Positions 1 through 13,599 of a stretch of DNA of 64,000 bases are shown here, piece by piece. The DNA lies in NCBI GenBank assembly GCA_030390025.1, contig CM059430.1:47306001-47370000 (forward strand), written 5' to 3'. How positions within the stretch are numbered: the stretch's first letter is position 1; the number at the start of each line of letters is the position of its first letter. Made by a program: the position numbers and the translations under genes. The notes below the pieces were generated by a model that did no database searches, was not told the DNA's origin, and saw only the letters and a program-made list of their open reading frames with translations. This DNA comes from Squalus acanthias. Lineage: Eukaryota.

Positions 1-103
1 AGGTCAAAACAAAACTAACTATAGCAGGGCAGGCCCCAGAACCACAAAATAGCTCAATTGAAAGTACCAGCAAAAATATGGGAATTAAAATGTTATAAAT
101 CAC

Positions 104-1092
104 TACAACTATTTACAATCTACATTAATGACTTGGATGAAGGGATCGAGTGTAATGTAGCCAAGTTTGCAGATGATACAAAGATGGGTGGGAAAGCAAG
201 TTGTGCAGAGGACTCAAAGAATCTGCAAAGGGATATAGACAGGCTAGGTGAGTGGGCAAACATTTGGCAGATGGAGTATAATGTGGGAAAGTGCGAGGTT
301 ATCCACTTTGGCAGGAAAAATAAAAAAGCAAATTATTATTTAAATGGAGAGAGATTACAAAATGCTACAGTTCAGAGGGACCTGGGGGGTCCTTGTACAT
401 GAAACACAAAAGGTTAGCATGCAGGTACAGCAAATAATCAAAAAGGCAAATGGAATGTTGGCCTTTATTGCAAGGGGGTTGGAGTATAAAAGCAGGGAAG
501 TCCTGCTACAACTGTACAGGGTATTGGTGAGACCACACCTTGAGTACTGCGTACAGTTTTGGTCTCCTTATTTAAGGAAGGATATACTTGCATTGGAGGC
601 AGTTCAGAGACGATTCACTAGGTTAATTCCAGAGATGAGGGGGTTGACTTATGAGGAAAGGTTGAGCAGGTTGAGCCGATACTCATGGAATTTAGAAGAA
701 TGAGAGGTGATCTTATTGAAACATAAGATACCGAGGAGGCTCAACAAGGTAGATGCAGAGAGGAGGTTTCCCCTCGTGGGGAAATCTAGAACTCGGGGGC
801 ATAGTTTCAGAATAAAGGGTCGCCCTTTTAGAACTGAGATGAGGAGGAATTTCTTCTCTCAGAGGGTCGTAAATCTGTGGAATTCTCTGCTCCAGAGAGC
901 CATTGAGGCTGGGTCATTAAATACATTTACGGTGGAGATAGACAGATTTTTGCAAGATAAGGGAGGTGAAGGGTTATGGGGAGTGGGCAGGGAAGTGGCT
1001 TTGAGCCCAAGATCAGCCATGATCTTATTGAATGGCGGAGCAGGCTCGAGGGGCCAAGTGGCCTATTCCTGCTCCTATTTCTTAAGTTATGT
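104..1092 (+). mobile_element. CR1-clade LINE 3' fragment (RT C-terminus and 3' UTR), frameshifted
   Basis: ORFs 58-402, 344-703 and 707-1096 contain LFTIYINDLD, KFADDTK, VRPHLEYCVQFWSP and RRNFFSQRVVNLWNSL, with a typical CR1 3' UTR. Confidence 0.92.
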
Positions 1093-2085
1093 TTAGGCCT
1101 CAGCTGGAGTATTGTTTCCAATTCTGGGCACCACACTTTAGGAAGGATGTCAGGGTCTTAGCGAGGTTGCAGGAGATTTACCAGAATGATAAAGAAAGAC
1201 ATGCATTTATATAGCGCCTTTCACGACCACCGGACGTCTCAAAGCACTTTACAGCCAATGAAGTACTTTTGGAGTATAATCACTGTTGTAATGTGGGAAA
1301 CGTGGCAGCCAATTTGCGCACAGCAAGCTCCCACACACAGCAATGACCAGATAATCTGTTTTTGTTATGTTGATTGAGGGATAAATATTGGACAGGACAC
1401 CGGGATAACTCCCCTGCTCCTCTTCGAAATAGTGCCATGGGATCTTTTACGTCCACCTGAGAGAGCAGACGGGGCCTCGGTTTAACGTCTCACCGGAAAG
1501 ATGGCACCTCCGACAGTGCAGCACTCCCTCAGCACTGCACTGGAGTGTCAGCCTAGCTTTATGTGCTCAAGTCTCTGGAGTGGGACTTGAACCCACAACC
1601 TTCTGACTCAGAGGTGAGGGTGCTACCAACTGAGCCACAGCTGACACTACAAGGATGAGGGACTTCAGTTATGTGGACAGACTAGAGAAGCTGGGATTGT
1701 TCTCCTTCAGAGCACAGAAGGTTAAGGGGATTTTCAAAGGCAGCGTTCAAAATTATGAAAGGTTTTGATAGAGTAGATAGGGAGAAACGGTTTCCAGCGG
1801 CTGAGGAAGCAGATTTAAGATAACTGGAAGAACCAGGGGAAGATGGGATGAATTTTTTTACACTGAGTTATGATGATCTGGAATACACTGTCTGAATGGG
1901 AGGTGGAAGCAGATTCAATAGTAACTTTCAAAAGGAAGTTGGATAAATACTTGAAAGGAAACATATGCAGTGCTATGGGGAAAGAGCAGGGGAGTGGGAC
2001 GAATTGAATAACTCTTTCAAAGAGCCGGCACAGGCATGATGGACCGAACGGCCTCCTTTTGTGCTGTAAGATTCTATGATTTTCT
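1093..2085 (+). mobile_element. Older CR1-clade LINE fragment interrupted by a SINE at 1191-1647
   Basis: CR1-like sequence (CTGGAGTATTGT..TTCTGGGCACCACAC) stops at ~1190 and resumes at ~1648, running to a 3' tail ATTCTATGATT. Confidence 0.75.
1191..1647 (-). mobile_element. Full-length tRNA-derived Deu-domain SINE (SacSINE1-like)
   Basis: A box TGGCTCAGTTGG, B box GGTTCAAGTCC, Deu-type core GTAAAAGATCCCATGGCACT and an L2-like tail GGCGCTATATAAATGCA plus (CTTT)n. Confidence 0.85.
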
Positions 2086-3719
2086 ATACATTAAGAAAAT
2101 TGAATTTAGGTTTGAATGCAAATGATACAGTAGCAGTCAGCTTTAAATATTTCACAGCCAGACGTTCAAAGTATGTGCTGCTAACCATTTGGACTAAAAC
2201 TGCTTAGTACTGCAAAACCAACAGCTCATGCTTTTCCCATATATTTATGAAAGGGATTTACCGAAGTGGATTCTCCATGTGTTTCAACTGAGGAATGTTT
2301 ATCATCAGATGCGCAAAGAGAAAAGCTGCATAAAATTCCCCACATGTGGGCTGTCTTGCACACCTGCAGGAAGGCCCACCTGACGCCTACATGCAGATGT
2401 TTACTGGAGTAAAGCTTTACAGGGCTCGCACCTGTTAAACCACAGCACTTACGCCGACATCACTGGAGTGTCCCTTTGCGTAAAAACAGGTTCTACAAAT
2501 CTCTGCCTACTGCAAACTGGAATCTGAACGGACTTGAACTAATCCCTTATCAGGTATCAGAGTAAATACACAGAGAGCGCAGGCATGAAGGGGGGGGCTT
2601 GTGAAAAGTGAAGCCTTCAGCAGCTGACTGAGGAGGACTGTACCTCCAGCCTGTATGTTGCTGTACTTCGGTGATCACGGATCCCTTGTGCCACATAGCG
2701 CATGACTGTCACAGCCACAAGCAAGTTACACAACAGCCGTGTCAGATGTGATTTATCTTCTGCAGTAACTGACCACCCTCCCCATGTATACTACACATCC
2801 CGCTCTTTTGTTGCTTTTTTCCCCTCCAAGAACATTAAATTTGTTCCACTTTCACGTAACTGTTTTCAGTCGCTATAGTGTCAGAAGGGCAGCGGCAGGG
2901 AAGGAGAGTCACCAGAGGGGAACACAGCAGCGAGAGTGGGAATTGGACAGAACCCACGGCAGACACGGGAGAGGAGCATGCCAGCTGAGAGTAGGCAGAC
3001 TTGTGCAGGAAACCATGCCAACAGCAGCATTTAAGTTGTACCAGTTATAGCACACTGCAAGTAAACACATATGTGGCACAATAGAACAGTACCAGACAGT
3101 TTCTGGTTCAATCCCTGGTCAATGTGGAGTCAGATGCTGCTGGGACACGAGGGGGAAAATAAATCAAGCCAGGGTTCTTACTCCTGATCTTCTCGTGGCC
3201 CTTACCGGAAAATGCATGTATGGGGACTTCAGGCAGACAGGATCAAGCTCAGCGGCGATTCCTTCCACTGTAAAATAGCCTGCCAAAAAGGGGCCAGTAA
3301 CCTTACATCATGCTCCTCTGAGGCCCCCAAAAATAATCTGGACCACTGCTGCTCTAGGACCCCCCCCCCACAACCTCTGCGATTGTGATTACAACCGCCT
3401 CTTCCTCCCACCCCCCCCCCACAACTTGCCTTGCTGGGGGCTGGCCCAGACCAATCTTGAGGCCTGTTTGGCACCCCGCAGTTTGCCTGCAAAAACTGCA
3501 GTGGCCTCTTCGCTGCCAGAATGTGTGGTCGATCGACACACTCCGCTGGTCGGTCGCCCAAGTGTCAAAATTTGACCCCCTTGTTTATTTTTGATTTCTT
3601 GTATACTCTGGGTAATTTTTTGACTTTGTCCTCCCAGGTGGATGAGACTCCACGCCAACAGCACATATCAGACTTTCAGTCACATACTGCCCAAGATTTT
3701 CCAGCTATTTAAACTAAAT

Positions 3720-4483
3720 GGCCCTGATTTTGCTGGGATAGTAACGGCAAGGCGATCAGCACTCACCGTTATTACAGGGTAAATGGGACAGCAATTCCGG
3801 CATTCGCACATGTACAGTTAAATGCAGAAATCCAGAAGTTGCTGTCAGAGATACCCTACTCCGCCACAGGTTGCTCAGTTGCAATCCTCGCCGATAGACT
3901 CGGCACCGTAATGGCGTGAACTTGGGGTTATTACCCACTAGTTCCACACTAAAGATGGCTGAAAAAGTTAGGGCTCCTGCATTTAGGAGTAAGTGAGTTT
4001 TTAAATGGTGTAATAAGTGGCAATTACTGCTGAACAGCCTTTCTGGCCCTGAAAAATTTATTTTACAAATGTGGAGTCTCATTTCCTAAGAAAATTAATG
4101 CTGCAGATTTTTTTTTTATATATAAAAATTACTTTTTTAGTTTGTCTTTCTCTTATCTCTCTCTCTTAATCCCATGTTTACATCCCTATCTTTATTTTGC
4201 TTCCTGTACAATGATTTAAATATAATTTATATTTTTTACTTCCTGGTTTGCAGTCAGTATGTCTCAGTGAGGCTACTTCAATCTGATTGGTTGAAGAGCC
4301 TCGCTGTTGCTTGATCTGATCACAGACGTCACAGATCCCGTGTCGAGGGTGCCGCACTGGGTCAGACGCCAGATTAGTAGAAATCTCCGCTGACAAACCC
4401 CCCAAAGAGAGTGTCTCTGGGCAACTGTACACTAGATGAACAGTGAAAGCCGTTCCTTCCCCACAGAGAGGAAACTCCAGGCC
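3720..4483. mobile_element. Unclassified TIR element
   Basis: Imperfect TIR GGCCCTGATTTTGC vs GGCCTGGAGTTTCC. Architecture resembles 39352-40084. Confidence 0.45.
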
Positions 4484-5344
4484 ATAGTTGTAAAGTCAAG
4501 CACAGTATGGGCCTCAATTTCCAATATGCACTTCCAGCATATGAGTCTCCCTACCGGGAGTGCGAAGTCAAAAAATTACCCCTACTGTGTGAACCAATGT
4601 GTGTTATGACTGATGAGTATAAAAGAAAGAACTTGCATTTGTGTCATGTCTGATAACATCTCTTCAAAATATCCGAAAGCATTTCACAGTGCAATTAAAT
4701 AACTTTTATGTCTCTATATTGATAATAATTCTGTTTACCTCTGGAGTCAGCAAGTAAAGCCTGTCCCATTTGTTTGCCCTATGGGAAGTGTAGACTGTCA
4801 ATGCTTCACTGTAGCATTTCAAACAACTTTAATTAAAAGGAACCCCTGGTCTGATAAACAACACAACTGTTCTGTTAAATTGTATAGTTCCCTTCAGCTT
4901 TTTTCTCTGCAACTCTGTGGGATTTTTTTTGCCAAGGTCAGCGGATAATTGCAACTGCTGAGCAGTTTTGATTTGAGATCCTTTTCAAATACGTCCTAGG
5001 TGTGCCAACAAAAATTAGTCTCATCATTGTTTTGTCTGGAAAGATTCATCTGAACTTCCTGTCCTATCTGAAAAGAAAACTTTCCCACCCTCATGCTGAA
5101 TGAAAATCCTGTGAGCAGGCCTCAAAACTAACCGGGGTAAGCTAGGCCGAGAACATGTACCACTGGATCAGTGATTGCAGGAGTGCAATTCATCCATGGC
5201 CTGCTAAACACATTCCAACAGTGCAATTAAATAACTTTTATGTTTCTATATTGATAATGGAGTTATTACTCCAAATAATAAGATACTTGAAAACTTAGGG
5301 GTCTGTGCTTACCACGCCATGCTCCCATATACAGGAGCTTTGGA

Positions 5345-5695
5345 GCAGTACTGAGGGAGTGCTGCACTGTCAGAGGTGCCGTCTTCCGGATAAAACATCA
5401 AACTGAGGCCCCATCTGACCTCAGGTGGACGTAAAAGATCCCACGCCACTATTTCGATAAAGGGCAGGGGAGTTCTCCACAGTATCCTGGCCAATATTTA
5501 TACCTCAACCAACATCACTAAAATAGTCATTACCACATTGCTGTTTGTGGGACCTTGCTGTGCGCAAATTGGCTGTCGCGTTTCCTACTTTACAACAGTG
5601 ACTACACTTCAAAAAGTACTTCATTGGCTGTAAAACACTTTGGGTCATCCTGGGGTTGTGAAAGACACTATATAATTGCAAGTCAGGCTTTCTTT
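5345..5695 (+). mobile_element. Deu-domain SINE, 5' truncated
   Basis: Matches the 1191-1647 copy in reverse orientation. Confidence 0.85.
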
Positions 5696-7787
5696 TTCTC
5701 TGTTGGAGTTGTAGAAACTGTCAGCCAAAAACACTGGCATGGAAAAGTGAGGATAGTTTTTTCTATTATGTTGGCAGCCTCAGTGGTTTTTAAGTCACAG
5801 GTAATTATGAGCTACTGGTTCTGCTCCCCAGCAGCTTTGCTGTCTTTGGTTTCCCCACAGTAAATGTTAACTGTCGATACCATATCATTAGAAACAACTT
5901 TAATTAAAAGGAGCCCATCGTGCTGATAAACAACACAGATGTTCTGTTTAAATAAAATTGATTCTTTCGCATTCTCTCGCTGCAACTCTGTAGGATTCTC
6001 TCCCCCCCCCCCCCAAAGTCAGAAGTTAATTGCAAAAGCCCTCAGAGCTTTGAGTTTAGATGCAGGTGTGTGCTGTCCAGTCTTCACCTCAGTTGTAACA
6101 TACTGGCCGAGCAGAATCTCCTGCCTTTTATCTTCGGTACCTAGTGCCACTGGTATCACTATCAAAGCTTCTTGACACACTGAACAATATTGAGAGAGTT
6201 GCAATCTCTGGGAGAGGGAGTCCCTGGTCTTATGCCATTGGTTATACTGGATTTCACAGATTGGATCATACCCAACATTGAGTGGAATCGGACCTCTGAA
6301 ACACAGTATACTCGGACTGATTTATTCAATCGGAACTGGCGGCCTAGTCAGACTGCCCTTGGGGTCAGGTTCAAGCCAGCAGCAATTTGGATGCATTACT
6401 TGTATAACCTGGCAGAGGATTCAATAACGGCAGAGGATTCAATAACTGCAGAATCCAACTGCCGCATTTCCTCTCTCTGCCACCTGCTGCAACCGCCTGC
6501 TTCCATCAGCTGCGTCCCTCCCACATCACCCCCCCACCCCCAGCCACTCCTTCAATTTATACCGCTCTCCCAAGCCCCGATTATGGCCCAGAAGCCAGTA
6601 AAACTGGAGCCGAATCTGCCACCTGGAACCAAAGCCTGTTCGTAAGCCAAGTTGTGACATCGTGGTGTCACCTGGCTTTAACCATGAAAATCGGTTTTGC
6701 AGTAGTGCAAGGAATGAGATGCGGGTTTTTAAAATCAAACTTGGACAGTGCCATTACTGATTCAGAGGGGCACAGTGGCCAGATGGAGGTACGGTGAGGT
6801 CACAACTGAGCTATCCACAGTGGAGGGCTCAGGTGATTCAGGCACAGTGCCGGTGTATTAGCAGGTCAACCACATATTATTCCGGTGTTTGTGCCAATCT
6901 ACCACTACACAGGAGATGTGGAGAACAATAGTCACGGAACCTCGAGAGGATACAATTACTCATTACAAAAACTCAATAAGCTGCTGCTATCTGCATTCAT
7001 TTTGTGTGTTGAGTCAGGAGGAAACCAAGACAATTGCTGACAAAGAAAACAAAAAAAATCTGAAAAACATCAATCAGAGCAGCTTCTGATGAAACAGTTG
7101 GTAATTTCTCCGCTCAAAAATTCTGCTAACGTGCGAGATGAAAATGTTACCCATCAGCAGAGGCCCTTTTATATTGTGTGCAAGAATGGCTGCTGTCGCA
7201 TTGAGACATCGGTGATCAGTCCTGCGTGCTGACAATTTATCATTTTCATTAACCTGCCTGTTAAAAGTGTCTCCCACTTCCTGATCAGGGGCTCGTTGTT
7301 TCCAGGCCATTAGTTGGGTGGGGTATGTTTTACTTCATTCATACCATGAAACACTGAGCTCCGTGCATCTGTTCCACTCACTTTGAGCCTCCCAGCTCCC
7401 CCAGCCACCGCACCCGCCCCTCCAACACGTTTCCATTACCCATTAATTAAGAACCAGCATTCATCATGGATTTATTACACTGAAGTGCAGCCCTGGATTT
7501 TGTTACCATCGCATCTGACTGAAACCTGCATGGGGCAACCGCTTAAGAAGCACAGAATAATGGTGTTTTATTTAGAGTTTCCAACCCTCCCGGATTGTCC
7601 AGGAGTCTCCCGGAATTTAGGATTGATCTCCCGGGCACAGAAAGTTATTGAAAATTCCAATATTTTCTGCATCTGATTATTGAAGGAGCACAGGGAATCT
7701 CTCACCTCCACATTAGTTTTCTTGCTACAGTATAAACAAATGATGCAGGGCTGTACCAGAGGCTCATTTGGTACAGCTATGTGTCCC

Positions 7788-8000
7788 TAAACTCTGGAAT
7801 TCCCTCCCTAAACCCGTCTGCCTCTTTCCTCCTTTAAGACTCTGCTTAAAACCTTCCTCTTTGACCTAGCATTTGGTCAGCTGTCAAAATGTCTCCTTCT
7901 TTGGCTCAGTGTCAATATTTTGGTCGGATAACACTCCTGTGAAGCGCCTTGGGAATTTTTACAACACTAAAGGCGCAATATAAATGCAAGTTTTTGTGGT
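7788..8000 (+). mobile_element. L2-clade LINE 3' end
   Basis: CTCTGGAATTCCCTCCCTAAACC...CTCCTGTGAAGCGCCTTGGGA...ATAAATGCAAGTT, matching the end of the 60840-61665 copy. Confidence 0.75.
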
Positions 8001-8004
8001 TATC

Positions 8005-8210
8005 TTAGCCATGTAGACCAGAAGGTCCAGAGTCTAATTCCTGGTCGGCACGGAGTTAATTGATCTCAGCTGGTGTGGCCGTAAGGAAGCTACTATTGGC
8101 CTCACCGCCCTGGGCTAGGGAGGGGCAAAAGCTGCCACAGCGCCTGCTCCTAGCGATTGTCCAGTGACCCCTGCTGGAAGATGTACAAGTGTGGTTGTTG
8201 GGTGAAAACC
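8005..8210 (+). mobile_element. Second SINE-like family (tRNA-type head; possibly UCON3-like)
   Basis: AGACCAGAAGGTCC...GATCTCAGC...CCTGGGCTAGGGAGGG...CCAGTGACCCCTGCTGGAA. Related diverged pieces at ~3073-3284, 34490-34700, 46530-46722, 49760-49960 (-) and 63800-63985. Family name is from memory and unverified. Confidence 0.6.
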
Positions 8211-8754
8211 ATATCAAAGAAAACAGTTTTGAAAAACCCAGAGTGGATACATTTTTAAAACATTTCCACACGAAGAAAAATAAAGGCCTGAAGACTTCCA
8301 GTACAACCAGGCGAAGATTCGAAGGTCAAACTCACTCCCACTGACAAACAATTGCAGCTTAATTTACTGTTTGCTCTTCGGTTTCCCTGATCCCACCCCC
8401 CCCCACCCCCCTCTCATCTTTGTGTATCTATATGGAGGAAATTCTTCAGATTACTGCTGTAGTTCGAATGTTGCCATTCCCCTCTCCATTGTCCTTCTAT
8501 CTAACACTGAAAAGCACGGCTGCTCCCACCTATCACTGAGACCTGACCTTAGCAAAGAAAATGTATTCATTGGCAGGCAAGATGTTCAGTGCATTTATCA
8601 AAAACATAAATAACAGACAGAGATGAGTAAATAAAATGAGGTTTCTTACTCCCTGGAGCTTGTCCTATATTTTCATTTTCCCCACAATTAATAACCGATA
8701 CTGCTTCAAATGCACAGAATAATAGCTTTTACGCTTAAAGGAAAAGATCACCCC

Positions 8755-8965
8755 CTGGAACTCTCTTCCCCCCAAAATGCTGTTGAGGCCAAGTCAATTG
8801 AAAATTTCGAAACTGAAATTGATAAGATTTCTGTTCGGTAAGGATACTTAGGGATATGGAATTAAGGCAGGTAAATGGAGTCAAGATACAGATCAGCCAT
8901 GATCTCACTGAATGGCGAAACAGGCTCGAGGGGCTGAACGGCCTACTCCGGTTCCTAAGTCCATA
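8755..8965 (+). mobile_element. CR1 3' end
   Basis: GATCAGCCATGATCTCACTGAATGGCG..CAGGCTCGAGGGGCTGAA, as at 1010-1080. Confidence 0.8.
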
Positions 8966-9431
8966 CCTCTCCTTGAGATAAAGGCCATGGGTAAGGAACT
9001 CAATCAAGCCCAGGAGGGGCTGTGGTCCTGTTGCTCAGTGGTGGTTTTTGTAAAGGCCATCCCGTCCTATCCCAGCCAGCGCCACATTTCAGCACTATTT
9101 TTTTTTAATATCCTGTCACTTGACTTCTAGTCCAAAGCAGTACTATTTAAAAGTTGGCCCACTTCCAGATTATAAAATAAATACCACAAAAGGGACAATA
9201 ATTCTGCTCTCTTCCACTATTAAAAGACTGCACATTAGGCAGAAGTCACAGATCAGAACAATAACAGGGGGCAATCAGGCCGCGACTGTTCAAAAACAAA
9301 GACAGTTATCTCCTGTTCAGAATAACCGACTAAAGGAAAAATGTCAACATGCGGTTGCCGAGGTGTAGCGACTGCAAGAAGCTGGCAACATCACCATCAA
9401 ACGATTGATCAGTCAATACAGGTGGTCTTAA

Positions 9432-9770
9432 GTGTCAGCTTGACTTAGTGCTAGCACTCCTGCTTCTATGTCAGAAGGTCATGGGTTCAAGCGCTATTCC
9501 AGGATCCCATGGATCTATGCAAGGAATAGCGGGCAAGTTCTGCTGGTGTCCTGACCAACATTTATCCCTCAGCCATCACCGTCAAAACAGATTAACTGGT
9601 CATTTATCTCATTGCGGTTTGTGGGGCCTTGCTGTGCGCAAATTGGCTGCCGGCGTTCCCTAAATTACAACAGTGACTGCACTTCAGAACCAATTCATTG
9701 GCAATGAAGCACTTTGGGATGTCCCCAAGACATGAAAGCTGCTATATAAATGCAAGCTCGTTCATTCTTT
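9432..9770 (+). mobile_element. Deu-domain SINE, internally deleted
   Basis: tRNA-like head GTGTCAGC...GGGTTCAAG joined to the 3' half of the family. Confidence 0.75.
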
Positions 9771-9990
9771 TGTCTTTCCACATCTAGTCACTTTCAATTC
9801 TGTGGAATAAAATTTCTGAAGGAGATCTGCTACTGACCAGCCCCCATACTACAAACACCCTTAGCTGACTATCGCTCACAATGACAGGGGCAACTCCAGG
9901 ACTGTCAGGAACAATGTAACGCTGCACCGGAAATAGCAGTGGGAACCCATGACATTCCCTATTTAGTCCCCAGTGAGAACTAAACTTTCC

Positions 9991-10166
9991 AGTGTTGCCA
10001 GCATTTTTAATTTTGTTAACGATTTATTGATTTCGCTCTACTTTGTGCGATTCACAGGGATTGGATGGGGAGAAAAAAAAATGATTTCTCCCTCTGGTCA
10101 TCGTGAGTCCAGTCCATTAAAACGATAGCGGAAAATCAATAAATTATCACAAGCGTTGGCAACACT
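9991..10166. mobile_element. hAT-type MITE
   Basis: Perfect 10-bp TIR AGTGTTGCCA / TGGCAACACT. 8-bp flanks AACTTTCC / AACTTTCG. Confidence 0.65.
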
Positions 10167-11364
10167 AACTTTCGGAAAACACAAATCCTTTAGTCAAACA
10201 GCCATTTAGTGTTAAAGGCTCATCCCAAACAGTTTGCGAATAAGTGAACTCCCTGCCACCCCGGTCGCTGTGCGCAGCCTGTAACCTCTAATTAACGATG
10301 AAATGTTTTATCCATCTTAGTGGCTGTACAGAGTAGGGAAGAATATTTGCTCAGACATTCTTCAGATTCATTTTCAAATAATAATAATCCCCGATAGGTT
10401 GAAAAGCCCCGTTAAATGTCCACTGCTATTATTGCAAAAGGAGGTGGGGGGTGGCGAGGGAAGAGAGGACGGAGGGGAGGAGGTGGAAAGATATTTTATT
10501 TTTACAGCTTGTAACATATTAATGAAAAGGAAGCAGAAAGAAAGCAAGCAGAGGGAGATCAGTGCCTTTTATGCCCTTGTGCAGTATTGGAAGAGAAATA
10601 TTTCTAATTAGGACAGAAAAGGAAACCGGAGGCGGGTGTCCATAACCTGAACTCTCAAGTTTTATTTGGGGACAGCGTTTGACGCAGAGAGAGTACGTGA
10701 GCCGATTAAACATTCCACCTCCATTTGTACATTAGTTGCAATTAGAATGAATCTTTTTAAGTCCGAGTGTCTGCATGCGGTTACAGTAACGTCTAATACT
10801 ATTGCATATATGTTTGGAATTCCAAGCTGCGGAGTAGCAGATCACAGTTGTTGCAGCTGCCCCAGTGACTGACAGCTGAGGCCGGGTGGGAGACATACCA
10901 TTAGCACAAAGAGCTTCCTTCCCCTGCCCAGATCATTCTCTCTCTGTGCTGATAGCCTCGATCATTTGGTTTTACAATTCTTCATAGTAGCCAGATCGAG
11001 AGTACCACTGGAAAAGGCCTGGGGTGAAGGGGGAAGAGGGGGGGGTGTTAAAAATGGGGCTAAACATTCAAATAAAAACTCTTCAAAAAAAAATCATCCC
11101 TTTAATAACCCTTTCCTGCCTCTCAACACAGGATAAAAATGACAATGATAAAAATAACTGCTGTACAAAATTTAAACCCTGGAAACTTATTTATTTAGCA
11201 GATTTCAGCAGAGATGTGCTGCTTAACAAGACTGAGGCAGTTAACTCTCTGATCAGAATGGGCATCATGTTTAGTGTCCAACCATTGTTCAGTCTTGATT
11301 TGATGGGATAAATCCTTATACGTAAAATCTCCATTAATCGGAGCCCAGTGCTCATACAGATTAT

Positions 11365-11476
11365 ACGATAGCAAAATTCTGACGAAAGGTCATCGACCTG
11401 AAACGTTAACTCTCTTTCTCTCTCCACGGATGCTGCCTGGCCTGCTGAGTTTTTCCAGCGTTTTCTGTTGTTATTT
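11365..11476 (+). mobile_element. Short Penelope-like hammerhead element, copy A
   Basis: Family body GATGCTGCCTGGCCTGCTGAGTTTTTCCAGC. 14-bp TSD CTCATACAGATTAT at 11351-11364 and 11477-11490. Confidence 0.75.
11377..11411 (+). ncRNA. Hammerhead core with truncated stem I
   Basis: CUGACGA-A-AGGUC(AUC)GACCU-GAAACGUU^AACU. The 5' strand of stem I is reduced to 2 bp by the element junction. Confidence 0.55.
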
Positions 11477-13599
11477 CTCATACAGATTATGATGGGGACA
11501 CAAAGCAATACAGCACTTAAGAGGGAATCTCTCGGTAACCATTTATAAACAGGAATCTTTCAATTTGGACAGAAAACACTCCTGCAACTAATATGGAATC
11601 TCTCACCACTGTAGATGGAGGAAAAAAAGAACCATTTAGGCACAAGGATCAGAGAGATGCAGTAGACAGGAATCCTGGAATAGCAACAATTGAACACGAT
11701 TATAAATTCCACTGTCTGTGCAAAACTGGAAAGGGGGCGGCTGGAGGCGATTCTTTACACACCATACACGGAAAACCAAAAGTATCCCAAGTGAGAGAGA
11801 ATCCTATGTCCGTGGTACATGTGGGTTTAACAATGTTAAGAGTTTCAGCGATGCACACCAACTGACTTGACCAATATGGTGACCTTCTAGGGTAACGTCC
11901 TCGCTCTCCATTCCTCCCCCTCCCCCACCACAATGTCTGGTCCGAGACAGTGTATTCTTGATGTGTGCCGCACTATCAGCAGCGATAATCAAATCAGTGT
12001 TTTTATTTTTTTTAAATGGACAGACTCGCAGAATGCAATCTCCAAAAACACCAGTAAAAATCCCAGAATATCATGTACGAAAAATGGAATGCAGATTATT
12101 CAATCACAACCCTGGTTAATCTGATCCAGCTCCACTCTGCTAGTTACCATCAGTCCTGCAGTTTCTAAAGGTTTGGACTGCACCAAACTGAAGTCACCAG
12201 CTAGTTGCAGCTTCATTCAATGGTTATTTGTTCCTTTACTGGACCATATAGGTTCCCTCAAACTCGTTCTAAATCACTTGATTAAAGATCATTTCATTTG
12301 TATCTAATGATTGCCTCTTTGCTTTTGTGCTTGTATAATTTTGCAAATCTAAAATACAAATGTCTGTTAAACAAATGGCATGCTGTTGTAACTTATAGAC
12401 CAATAATTACTATTAGTTCAGCGTGCTTTTAATTTTTGCTTCTTCCTCTGGGTCTCTATTCCTCTTCCATTTGCTGCTAGACAAAGTTCCCAGCTCCCAG
12501 AGCTTTAGCAGCTGCTCTGATGCCAGCCACCAGGAGGCATGTATCAGCATTGCTGAGCGACGCACCCTTTGATTTTACGCCCCCCTCCGTTACTCCAGTA
12601 CTCCATGGGTTCCACACATTCCAATACATCATGCATTTTACATGAATCCAATCGGTATACAGTAAAACACTGACTCGTGCCTATCTGGTTATTTCCGTAC
12701 AATGTTTGAAGAAAGTCTACTCCAGTCCAGTTGTGTTTTCTAAATGACTGAAAATTACAGTATAGTATACAGAGCACTACAAGAACCAACCTGGAGTTTT
12801 CCTAGGGTGGATTAATGTCTTGCATTTACATGCTATTAAAGGGCTTCATCTGTCAACCTCTCCTCAGCTGTTCACTGCAATATGCAGAGATACTAAATAC
12901 TTGGGAACTACAGCTTATGAGGAGGATACACAGTTCCTGAATAAATATTCATGGTTTATAGATGGAACTTCGTGTTCAAAGAAAACGTTTCAATTTGTAA
13001 TAAGAACAAATTTTAGCCCATGTGCCCAGAATACCGTAGGAGCTCAAAGTGGGAGCAAGTAACCTCTGCACAGTAACCACCTTTTACAAGGGAAGCGATT
13101 GCATGGTTTTACCTCTATTTAAGAGTGAGAACGCAGAAGGCTGTAAACAGTGAACTAAGAAATTTAGCATTTTAATGGCGTGTTCAGCATATTCAATTAC
13201 ATTAACTGGTTTCCATTTTGCATTGAAAATCTTGCCCATTTAGGACTGGATGCTGATTTCCTCAATTGGTGGAAAGGCAGTGCGAGGAATCTGCAGCAAA
13301 ACTATTTTTTTTTAATAAAAGGTGTCCCCTCATGACATACAAATAAAATACATTCATTAAGGAAATGAAGGCAAAATTTTTAAATTCAAACCAGAGCACC
13401 CTTTAAATTAAACTTCCACTTCATACGAACCGAAGGCAAGGTGGTTAAAGGCCAACAATGGGATTCCTGAACGTGCACGGCTTATTTGCGGATGTGCTCT
13501 TTAGCTGGTGATGCGTGCAGTGAGGCAAAGGATGATGCCCTGATTGGCATTCGAGAGTGACCTCCCCAGAGAAAGGTCATCTGAAATTGGTCAGTTCTG

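Noticed and set aside
58-1096. Reverse-transcriptase ORFs as a functional gene or retron-like system
   Set aside because: They are 5'-truncated, frameshifted CR1 LINE remnants. The same applies to the other CR1/L2 ORFs.
1570-1647. tRNA-like sequence with A and B boxes (also at ~25384)
   Set aside because: These are SINE heads continuing into the Deu domain, not tRNA genes.
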